Shown here: positions 50,098-60,282 of the stretch, piece after piece
Numbering within the stretch: the stretch's first letter is position 1
Layout: every line of letters starts with the position of its first letter
NCBI GenBank assembly: GCA_010356995.1
Contig: ML996688.1
Location: forward strand, 1,648,579 to 1,712,578
Origin: Trichodelitschia bisporula
Lineage: Eukaryota
Reading direction: 5' to 3'
DNA length: 64,000 nt
The notes under the pieces: generated by a model
Databases searched by the model: none
What the model was told of the DNA's origin: nothing
The model's input: only the letters and a program-made list of their open reading frames with translations
Position numbers and translations under genes: made by a program

Positions 50098-52902
50098 CTT
50101 TGCTCTAGACTTTGGATTGTCGCTTGTCGGTTATGTTTTCTGTGCTAGCAATGGTGGGAATCTTCTTCAAGGCGAAATGTGCCAGAGAGAACAGGAATGA
50201 ATGTTGATGAAGATTGTTGGGAGCGAAGTGTGTCTGAAGGAGATGGAATGTGTGGTGGTGGTGAGGACGTAGATCTGAGTTGCGAGGAGAGAGATGCAGA
50301 GCGTCCCTTACGATTTTAAAGGGCAAAACGGTCAAGGTCTAGTACCGATGGCTGCGAGCTTGCGAGCTCTTGCCCTCGCTATCAAGGTCAGCCAAGTAGT
50401 CGAACAGATCAAATGGGGGAGACCGCATTGTCTGGTTACGTTTGCGTAGCTTAGTGACCCTGAAAGCCAGCTTGTCCGGTAAAGGCGGTCTGATAGAGAG
50501 AACCTATGACTGCTGCACTGGAAAGGCGGAAGTCGGGAGATCCAAACGGTCAAATTGCTCGGCGTCATGCCCACGTTGCTGATTGCGGCTCGGCGAAGGA
50601 GTGCGGTTGCTACGGCGTCGCAGCAAAGGGCTGACCGCACGGCTCGGCGGAGTGGGCGATGGCCCCAATGGCACTGCGCTCGAAGTCGTTGAGAACAGCA
50701 TTGTCGTCGACCGCGATATGCTCGTCTTCGAACGAGAGAAGCTCTGTATCGATGCTTCATCTCGCGGGGAACTGCTGAGGTTGTGGTGACGTGGCGCTGA
50801 TGCCAGATGCTTGGAGAAGGGGAAACAACAGCCAACTTGCGTATGCCCTGTGACGGACTTTGCTTGCCATCTTGCCGAAGTTGTCGATGTCCTAATTAGT
50901 ATCACCGTGAGCGTACTATTGCCGTGGTCAAAGTGATTATGGAAGCGCCGATGGGCAGCCGTATGGGACCGAGTGAGCCTTCCAAACCTAAGGGGAGCCG
51001 CTTTTTCGAGCATAATGACATCGCACATGAGATCGGACTGTAGTAAACAACACCACGATCGATATTGAGGAGATAGCATCCGGGGGGGGCTTAACTGAAG
51101 TACGGGTGATGTGTACGGGTAGAACTTTAGTCAGGGTCACGATGTGAACCAGACTCCGAAGCCCGGACCGGACCGCAACGCCGCTGACCAGCCCAGCATC
51201 GCCACCAGAACAACCCTGGACTGAGCAAAGAAGTGGTGGCAACCCCCCCCCCCCCAGTGAATAGTCCGTTTGACTTTGCAAAAGCAGGGAGGGAGGGCGC
51301 CATCACTTTTTCGCCGACATTCCGTAGAGTCTCAAGTTACGAAGCCTCAGGGTCAATGTGAGGTGGTCCATCCTCATCCCAGTCCCGACTGATACAAGTG
51401 GTCCGCCCTTAACCACAGTCCGGAGCGATCTACGGCAGATGCCATCGCGAATGCTTCCTTTGCTTGTGCTATACGAACGGCCAGTCTGGGGGAGAAGGTT
51501 GCGTAAGGTAGTCCGGAAACAAGACCAAAGAGCAAGAGGCCAGCGGCTAGGGCTACAACACCCGCGGTGACGATGACGACTACTCCAGGGGCTAATCGAG
51601 AAAGTGAAGTAGCCGCCCCCCCACCCCAGGCTTCCGCTGAGCATACGCAACGTATGCAGAGACTACAGTAGGGGTGGGGTGGGGAGGGAGGTCGACATGA
51701 CTTTCCACCAGCCCTAGTACTCGTCGAACACCTACGGCTCCGGGAACAAGAGTAGCGGCTACAGTAGGTACACCTCGTGGTGACGACGACAACTGGTATA
51801 CCACGTACGGCATAGGAACCCAGAGCGGTAGATAGTATCGAAAACAGTGCGTAATATTTCCACTTCCGTTCCTGTCATAGCGGCTAGGAGGAGCTGCTAC
51901 CCGTCAAATTCTCGGTCGAGTAGAAGGTGTCGGGAGTGATGGAAAGCATCTGCTATACAAAATGCTTGGGTCCATCCTGCGATACAGTACATCCAACGGC
52001 GATTCCTGCTACGAAAGTCAGTCGTGGTCCACACATCGTAAACATAATGACATCTCATACCGTTCTTACTCTCAACCCCCCACCCGGCCCGTCTCTCCTG
52101 ATTCCATTCGGGCGCGCCTGTACGGGTAAGCCTCAGTGCCTTGTTCGAGCTTTCTCACGGGAGCAGGCGCAACTGCCTCTACCTTCTTCCAATCCTATCT
52201 TTCTCCTCCCCCCTCCTCCCCTCCTTCTCCTTCTCCATCTCCATCTCCTCTCCCCCTCTGCCACTGCCGCCGTGGCGACGACGGGCCGATCGGGCCGCAC
52301 GGGGCAGGCGGTATACGGGGCCCTTCCCGTCCCTACGCATTGCTGTCCCGCTCTTCCCTATAAAAACCCATCCATCTCCCCTTCACCTTCCCCAATCTCT
52401 TCCCGCCGGCTTCCCGTCTTCCCATCTTCTTTCCTTTCTTCCATCTTCCCTCCTTTGATCTTCCTTACTTCCATCTTCCTTCCCTCATCTTCCCTCCCCG
52501 TCCCTTCGCATCTCCCCTCCACCCCATCCCACCCCATCCACCCTCAACCTACCTACCATCACACCTATCTACCATAACATCTACCTACCACCACGCCCTT
52601 CCTTCTCTTTACCCCTCCAGCAAAGACAAAAGGTCAAGCCAGCCACGTGCTTTATTAACCTGCAGCATGACCCTAACCCATACCCAAACCCACGGACCCT
52701 CACACGCATGACACACGCGCATAAAACCCATTCTGACGCCGGCCCCACGCTCCCTGCTCCTTGGTCCTGTAGGGCGTGCATGTGCCGGGCCTCACGCAGG
52801 CCCGAGCGATGGAAATGCAAGGCTGGCCCCAGGGCAGAGCACTTGGCGGGGTCTAGACTATCGAGACTTCCTGAATCGAGAGGGGCTTAGATATGCTGCT
52901 CA

Positions 52903-53027
52903 AGGAGGCAGGTACGATCGGTCATTGAGGAGGCAGGTACGATCGGTCTTTGAGGAGGTAGGTACATTCCGTCTTTGAGGAGGCAGGTGCACTCGGTCTT
53001 TGAGGAAGCAGGCACATGCAGTTTTTG
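52903..53027 (+). repeat. 25-bp tandem minisatellite, five copies
   Basis: Consensus AGGAGGCAGGTACRHTCGGTCTTTG, head-to-tail with no spacers, increasingly diverged toward the 3' end. Confidence 0.9.
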
Positions 53028-53237
53028 GAGAAACATGAAACCTCGGCCTTCAACATTCCCCCTCATCGATCGTCGTATCAGGAGTCGCTAACTACTTACA
53101 GCCTCTCAGCACAAATCCCGGCATCAAGAAGTTGCGCCGAGACAACATTCGCACACACCTTCGTTTTAAAACGAACGTCACGACCTTGAGCATACAGTAC
53201 AAACCGCACCCCATCACGCCCCTCGCTCGTCGTTCGC

Positions 53238-53965
53238 TCAAATGACAACCGCAACCATGCCCGCCGCACCAAGCACGCCCACCGCCCAGGCACCTACCCG
53301 ACCGGCACCCGAACTCGGCTTCGCGGCCGCAGCCGTGCTCGCCGCCGAGCTGGCGGCCGAGGACGTCTTACCGCCCGACGTGGTAGTCCCATTCGGGCTG
53401 GCGTCGGCCTGGGCCCCGCTGAAGAGGGTAGCCGTCACGCCGGTGCTGTTCTTGCAGTGGTCGGTGTAGTCGGATGTGGAGAGGGGGGCGTCAGTGAAGG
53501 TCACGTCGGCGCACTGGCAAGGTTCGTTAGTGCTTGCTCAAGAACTTGATATAGGGGGGGGAGGAGACAAACCTGGTACAGCCCACCACTCGGATCGCCA
53601 TTCGTGAGCACCAGGATGGTGCCGTTGTCCCCTGCCTTAACGCTGGATGGGACGTTAACGCCGCCGATGCAGAAGTTGTCAGGGCCGTTTTCTTGGAATT
53701 GTTGACGGAGGACGGTCGTGAAGTCGTCCCCGGTAGGCGAGTTTCCGGTTGCCAGCAGGACTTTGCCCTTCACGGCTGTGTGCTCCATGTTGAGCTGGAT
53801 GGGGGCGTTGGTGAGCGGGAAGGGCGTGCGGGTGGAGCTGGGACTGTCGAAGCCGCCGCAGGGGTAGGCGACGATCTTGTCTTCATCGAAGCCACGGGCT
53901 GGGGGCCAGACGAGATGGAAGTGGGCGAGGGTAAGAGTTGGGAGGAGGAAGGCTGTGAACCGCAT
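53238..53965 (-). CDS. GPI-anchored copper-binding His-brace protein (Bim1/X325 LPMO-like copper acquisition factor), ~222 aa
   Basis: Signal peptide MRFTAFLLPTLTLA followed directly by His (HFHLVWPPARG), PCGG, second His (NMEHT), FCIGG, NGDPSGGLYQ/CADVTF, Ser/Thr/Ala linker and hydrophobic GPI-type tail; intron 53514-53572. Confidence 0.85.
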
Positions 53966-55513
53966 TTTGGCGGTTGGGGATAAGACTGAATTGGGGGGTG
54001 ATTTTCTGGCGCTGAGAAAGATGGGCGGGGGTGTGCTTCTGGTGTTGAAAAAGATGGGAGGGGAGTTGATTTATATGGGAGTGCGAGCAGAGAAACTCGT
54101 CAGGGCGAGGAGACGGTCTTGGATGTGGGCCGTGGATGGAGAAGTGGAGGCGTAGCCAGAGAACAATGGAAATATCGACTGCAAGAGGGGATGCACACGT
54201 CAAGAGCAGTCAATTGCGAAGCCCGAACCAAAGGTAGAAAGCACAGTTAAAGTACCGGAACGCAGCTACTTTTAAGCCCCGCCCCCCCCCGCCTCGCGCC
54301 TTCTCAAATGCCAAACGCGTTGCGCCAGAGGACACCAAATTCCCTTCGCGGCTGGCGTCCCTGGAATGAGCGCAGGCGCGGCAAAAGCTTGACTTCCCCC
54401 AAGGATCCGGCTCGACGGCACTGTTTGTCTGCTGTACCTTCATGCGGCTGACTTGACACCGCGGATCGGGCTCGGTGCGACATCGCTTTCGGAGTTTGAA
54501 GTGGAGTTTGAAGTCATGTTCCCGTGACGCCGATCGGCGACCCGATGTGCTATTTCTCCGCCGTCTACTACGTAAACCACAGTTACTGGTCCCATCACAT
54601 CGTCCAAACCATAGTTCTACCTACCCAACATTATTTAACTTCGCCGGTCTCCTCCCCTCCCAAACTATCCATCATCCCTTCCTTCAAAACCTCCCATCGC
54701 CCCTTCGGTTTCCAAATCAGCCCATCTCCAAAACTCCCGCTCCGCCAAAATCTCACACCCCGCCAACTGCGCAAGATTGAGCACATTACCCCACCACGCT
54801 CCGCATGTCGACCCGCGCCAAAAAAAGCGCCACCACGACTCAGACCCGCAGGTGGGATGGCGGTTAGCCTAGCGTGGCGCGGCGTGGCTTGCCGCTTGCC
54901 GCAAACAGCACATCCACCTCCCCCTCCCCCTCCAAAAATCCCACCTTCACGCTTGCCCTACCGTGTACACTAACCTCGCGGCCCGCGCATAGGCGAGTCG
55001 CACTGACCCGGATCGTGGGAGGATTTTCATGAATGTTAGGGCGGCAGGGCTTAGAGGGGAAGGTCGAGGCCGGGAATGGAATGTGCCCCTTCAGTGCACG
55101 GCTTCCCGGCGATAATCTGCAGGGCTGTGCGCGGGACGTGACGATGGGTATCCCTGCTGGGCTGGGACGCCACAAGGCTTGTTTTGTGCTGGGGTCGGTA
55201 GTGGAGGGTGGGGCGGGAAACGGTACGTATTACGGTACCGCAAGTTGCTCCGGGTCAGGATGGGATACGTTTCGGTGGTCGTGTGCAGGTTACGAGTAGG
55301 ACACAGCAAGAGATAAAGAACAGGTTGGAGGAATGATGAATGATGGAATTAGTTCTAGCGGCCATTTGTCACTCATTCCAGTTTGAGCGACACAACCAAT
55401 GTATACGTGCTGCCGACGTACGACGCCCACCGAATGCACCCCAAGGCCAGCCCAATCCAGTACCAAAATTCCAAACTCCAGACACGCCATTGCTCCACCG
55501 GGCCCAGAGAGTA

Positions 55514-56149
55514 TCAGTGATGCTCTTCCACCGCCAGGTTATACCGCCCCAGCAGCAGCTCGCCTAGGAACGTGCCCCCCAATATGGACAAGAAGTAGCC
55601 GACGTTGAGCGTCATAACGGCCAACATGCTACATCGTCCCCATTAGCATTTGGTCATTGCGAGGATCTAGAAGCACACTCACAGCAAATACCCCACCCCC
55701 ACAATAACCGTCACAACGCACGCCCTCGGCCCATCCACACTCCACCTCCACGGCACAACCCCATGCACCGGCCGATGCACAACCTTAACCTCCTCCTCCA
55801 CGCCATTCGCCGTCAGCAACGCTGTCTTCACATTCGGCTCCGTGCTCGCGCGGGCCTTCTCTGCGACCGAAGCCTTATCCGCGACGACTACGAAGCGCCT
55901 GTCCCAGGCTTTATCGATCCAGCGCTTTTCGAGGATGTGTTTATAGACGAGGAGTGCGCGGAAGATGCCCGCGAGAGCGATGAGGAAGATGCAGGTGCCG
56001 GCGTAGCTGCCGGTGCTGTTGGGGGTCCAGTGTTGGGAGTAGAGGGGGGTGTGGGGGGAGGTGAAGAAGGTCATTTTCATGTCGGAGGCGTCCATTGTCA
56101 TGGCGGAGGCGGGTGCGGCCGCGAGGGCGGCGAGAAGAAGAGAAACCAT
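55514..56149 (-). CDS. Ctr-family copper transporter
   Basis: Met motif MTMDASDMKMTFF, TPLYSQHWTPNSTGSYAGTCIFLI, PWRWSVDGPRA, GYLL/MLAVM (MxxxM), GTFLG (GxxxG), C-terminal EHH; intron 55629-55682. Confidence 0.93.
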
Positions 56150-57345
56150 GGGAGTGGGGGCGGGTTGAGGGTTTGCGTGAAGTGTGGACGGTGCAGACGT
56201 GAGGGCGAGGAGTATTGATGTGCGATTTAACGGCGGATAGACATACGTCGAGTTCGAGTCGAGTCGAGGTGTTTGTGGAGGTTGAGTGTGGGGAGAATCC
56301 TCACACAAGGGAAAATTAGTGGCCGGTGCCGGGTGTCGCGGGCGCGGGCGCGATTAGAGCAGGAATTGATGATGTGAGCGGGGTGTGGAACGGCGCGGGG
56401 GCCAGCGCGCATTGTAAGAAGACCGAGTCTCTTGAGTCGTGGATTTACCTCCGCGACGACAGGCGGCCGAGAAGACGAGCGCTTAGGAGTTCCTTTTTCC
56501 GCCTGGAGGTGGACTTGTCCTTGTTCTTCGCATTACTCGACTTGCGGCGTTCTCTCACGCGCAAGTTGGGATGTCGAACTGGACCATAGAAGTCGCTCGA
56601 GAGAACCCGGGGTGTGCAGGTAAGAGAGACGCGACTAGACCCGTCGTGGCGAAAACCTTCTCAATCATGCGCACACCAACCTGAGAGGCTGGGCGGGAGC
56701 GGAGACGTCAAACAAAGAAACCTGAGGGGGTTTGCGGCGCCTCTTGAGTCTCCGAGTACACGATGCTTCGTGCCTGAATGCGCGCGGCTGTTATGCGCTG
56801 CTGTTAAGCTTGGGGTTTTATATATGTGTGGGTTATACTTCAGTCCAATACGACTCTGGACCTCGAGACTGTGCGTCAGTTTTGTCTCTGATTGTGGCTT
56901 GAGGCGCTACCCGTAGTGGGATAGGTGGGAGTGGCGGGCTGCTAGTGGGAAGTCCAAGCTCCCTTGATATGCCGACCATCTTGGGCAGGCCGATGATACG
57001 ACCCACACATCTTTTGTCGGCTCATCCTCCTTCCCGCTTTAGGACTTTGCATGGTCTTGCTGGAAAGAATTCCAATGGTTGCAGAAGTAGTCGCTTTGGA
57101 CGCAGTGCGAGTCTGACAGGTTTGAAGTCTTCTCTTGGGCTGTTCCCGGGCGCGTGGTCATCCGTACGGCCCGAGAGTGTGGAGCTTGCTTGCGACTGCG
57201 ATTCCTACGTTCTCATCCGCTTTTACATCTCACCTCACTTCGCATCGCACCTCTTTCTACCGTCTCTCTTATACTCCATTCTCTGCCTATGGTACCTCTT
57301 CCTCGTATACTCCGAGTCGATATCTAACCCTCCATCACCGCCATC

Positions 57346-59662
57346 ATGATGGACATGGACATGGGCGACATGGACATGGGCGCCGGCTCAATGTCCATGG
57401 GCCCGGGCATTCCGTCGCTCTTCGAAGTCCAGAATGCGTACTGGGCTGTAATCGGTGCTGCTGTTGGTGTAGCATTTCTGGCCAACCTCACAAACATGTT
57501 CTTGCACCGTCAACGGTACGTCTCCTCTAGTGTCAAAAGTTGTGATCCTTTGCTCATCGTACTGCAGACTATACGCCGCGCGCAATGGCCTCCCCTCCCC
57601 CGCAAAGCCGAAATCGCTCTTCTTCACGCTGTACGCAACCGTGACGGCAGTCATACGGGAAGCGTCAAACGCGACATTAACACCGCTCAAAATCCGCAAC
57701 TACCATGTGCGCATGCCAACGGTAGGCCAAACCGTCCTAGTACTCGCCAACATGGTCGTCCTCGTCGTGCTCTGCTTCTACGGGTTCGACACCACACTCC
57801 GTGTCAATTTCGAAAACATCGGGTATCGGACTGGGTTCGTCGCCATTGCCCAAATGCCGTTGTTGTTTCTGCTGGCCGGGAAGCATAACGTCATCGGCTG
57901 GCTCTCCGGCATGAGTTACGAGCGGCTGGCGTGGTTGCACCGCTGGGCTGCGCGCTGTTTCCTGCTCACTACTTTCCTTCACTTTGGCTACTGGTTGGCT
58001 GATTGGTGGCCCTATGGCGCGTGGAAGTACCAGAAGATGGCTGGTGATCCGATCACGAAGCACGGCATCATCGCTTTCGCTGTCCTGCTCTGGATTGTAG
58101 TCTCCAGCTCCATGCCTATTCGGGGATGGAACTACGAGTTCTTCGTCGTCCAACACTTGCTCTCGTTCACTGCCTTTGTCACGATGGTCTACATCCACAC
58201 GCCCGTCGAAGTTCACCCCTGGATCTGGGCCTGCGTGGGCATTTTCTTCTTCGATCGCGTCACTCGCTGGCTTCTCGTCCTTTACACCAACATCTCATAC
58301 TTCCACCCGAAGCAACGCGCCTCAAAAACCATGACCGGTCCATGGGCATGCCGCGCCCAATTCACACCCCTCTCCAACGACACCACACGTATCACCGTCC
58401 ACGACCCTCCAGTCAATTGGGCACCGGGCCAACACGTCTTCCTCTCCTGCCACAGCGTCGTCCCATTGCAAAGCCACCCCTTCACCATCGCCTCGATCCC
58501 CCGCGACGGCAAGATGGAATTCTACGTCAAATCCGAAGGCAAAGCCACACGCTCCTTCTTCCGCCACGCCGAGCGCCAACATGGCGCCCTTCCCGTCGAC
58601 GAGCGCGGGATCCAGCGCTCCGAAGTCCGCACCGTCGCCATCGAGGGCCCATACGGTCGCGTCCGCCCGCTACGCCAATTCGACTCCGTCGTTTTGATAG
58701 CCGGTAGCTCCGGCGCTAGCTTCACGGTCCCCCTACTACGCGACATCGTCACAGGCTGGGCCGAGCCCTCCACACCTTCGTCGTGGAAGGACTGGATCAC
58801 CCCCCGCGGCGTAGCCACACGCCACGTACGCTTCGTGTGGGTCGTCAAGGCGCGCGGCCAGGCGGAGTGGTTCGCCTCGCAGCTCTCAGAGGTCGCAGCC
58901 GAAGTCGTCGCTCTGCGCGAAGCGGGCCTATCCATCGAAGTCGAGATGTCAGTCTACTGCACCTGCGACGACGGCTTCACGGCCGAGCACCGCTCCTTCC
59001 TCGCCGAACTCGCCCGCGCGGTCGGCGACGGCGGCGAGAAAGTCCGGGGTCATCTCCCAGGTGGCCGTGGCACGCCGCTGCCCGAGAAGCTGCCCGAGAA
59101 GGAAATCGAGGCTAAGAACGGCACGACGACGACTGAGTACGCTGTCAGCCCTGCCCCCGGCCGTGTCAGCATCGATGACGCTGAGGCTGAAGGGTGTGGG
59201 CCGAACGGGTGCTGCTGCAAACGCGAAGTCGAGGATGAAGACGAGGCGGGCGAGGCCGCGGAGTGCTGCTGCTGTGGGCCCGCTGAGGGCGACAACGGCC
59301 GTATAAAGGACACGCCTAGCACCGCTGCCACCGCGCCCAGCGATGCGAAAATCGAACCCCCAAAGCCCGCCGACCGCCCGACCTCCCTTGCGACAACCAC
59401 ATCCTGGACAGCCGGCGCCACGCCACGGAAGAGCCTGCTTCATCCGCGTATTGCGGTGCTATCGGGCCGTCCAGCGTGTGCGAATGTTATCCGGAAGAGC
59501 CTGGAGCAGGCGAGGGGGGAGAGTGCGGTGGTGGTGTGTGGGCCCGGTGGGCTTGTGAGTGATGTGCGGAGTGCGGTCGTGGGGCTTAGTGATGAACGGG
59601 CTGTGCATAAGGGGACGGGGGCGCAGGGGATTTGGTTGCATTGTGAGGGGTTTGCGTATTAG
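57346..59662 (+). CDS. Fre-family ferric/cupric metalloreductase
   Basis: Heme His pairs (LHRWAAR...LH; QH...IH), HPFT FAD motif, EGPYG, IAGSSG, VVCGP, C-terminal EGFAY; intron 57516-57567; N-terminus MMDMDMGDMDMGAGSMSMG. Confidence 0.93.
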
Positions 59663-60178
59663 GGTTGGGTATGGTGGAGTTTTTGGGGGTAGGGGGTGGG
59701 TTGGGAAGGCGTTTGGTGGGACATTGTTTGTGATGGTTAGGAACATCGTCATACTTGGAAGGCGCACCTATGTGAAGAAGGACAGCTTCTTCTTGATACC
59801 TTGGAAATGCCATAATGCTATTATCTCAATGCGCTGAACATTGCTTCAAAAATGAATGTGTCTCGTCTTTTCTTGCTCACATCTTGCCGGCTAGATGGAG
59901 TGAGAGACCGTATTCATCCTGATGGGAGCAATGGCTCGTTATGCACGTCAAGGCAACTGTAAAAGTGAAGATTGAAGTAGAAGACAAAGAGAGGAAGAGA
60001 GTCAGCGACTCTCGAGATTTTTATATGCGATGCCAAATATCCTACTTTGCTCCTTCCCTCCATCATGAGCTCAATACATCATGTCCCTTACATAAGAATG
60101 CTCCTTCCATGCCTACATAACCTTCTTCACATGCAGCAAAAGCTCTAACCCAGCATGGGATGAAAGGGCAAAAAGGGT

Positions 60179-60282
60179 TGTCCCCAGCGAGAATCGAACT
60201 CGCGGCCTTCGGATCGCTCCAATCTAGGACTGGATCATACAGAGTATGAGACCGACGTGATAACCGACTACACCATGGAGAC
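60179..60282 (-). tRNA. tRNA-Met (CAT), elongator type, with 30-nt intron
   Basis: Acceptor stem GTCTCCA/TGGGGAC+A, anticodon arm TCGGT-CTCATA^A-TCCGA (U31-U39 pair typical of eukaryotic elongator Met), intron ~60215-60244, T arm GCGAG-TTCGATT-CTCGC, downstream T5 terminator. Confidence 0.92.

Noticed and set aside
52670..52695. ACCCTAACCC as a telomerase RNA template or interstitial telomere (similar CAACCCTAACCC at ~45962)
   Set aside because: Under two repeat units in C-rich DNA; too little room before the next gene and no pseudoknot or three-way-junction elements recognised
52903..53027. CRISPR-like array
   Set aside because: Units are contiguous without unique spacers, and the context is a fungal genome with no cas genes
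53238..53965. Classical polysaccharide-cleaving LPMO (AA9/AA11)
   Set aside because: Short domain, GPI-type tail and NGD Asp before LYQCAD fit the Bim1/X325 type better
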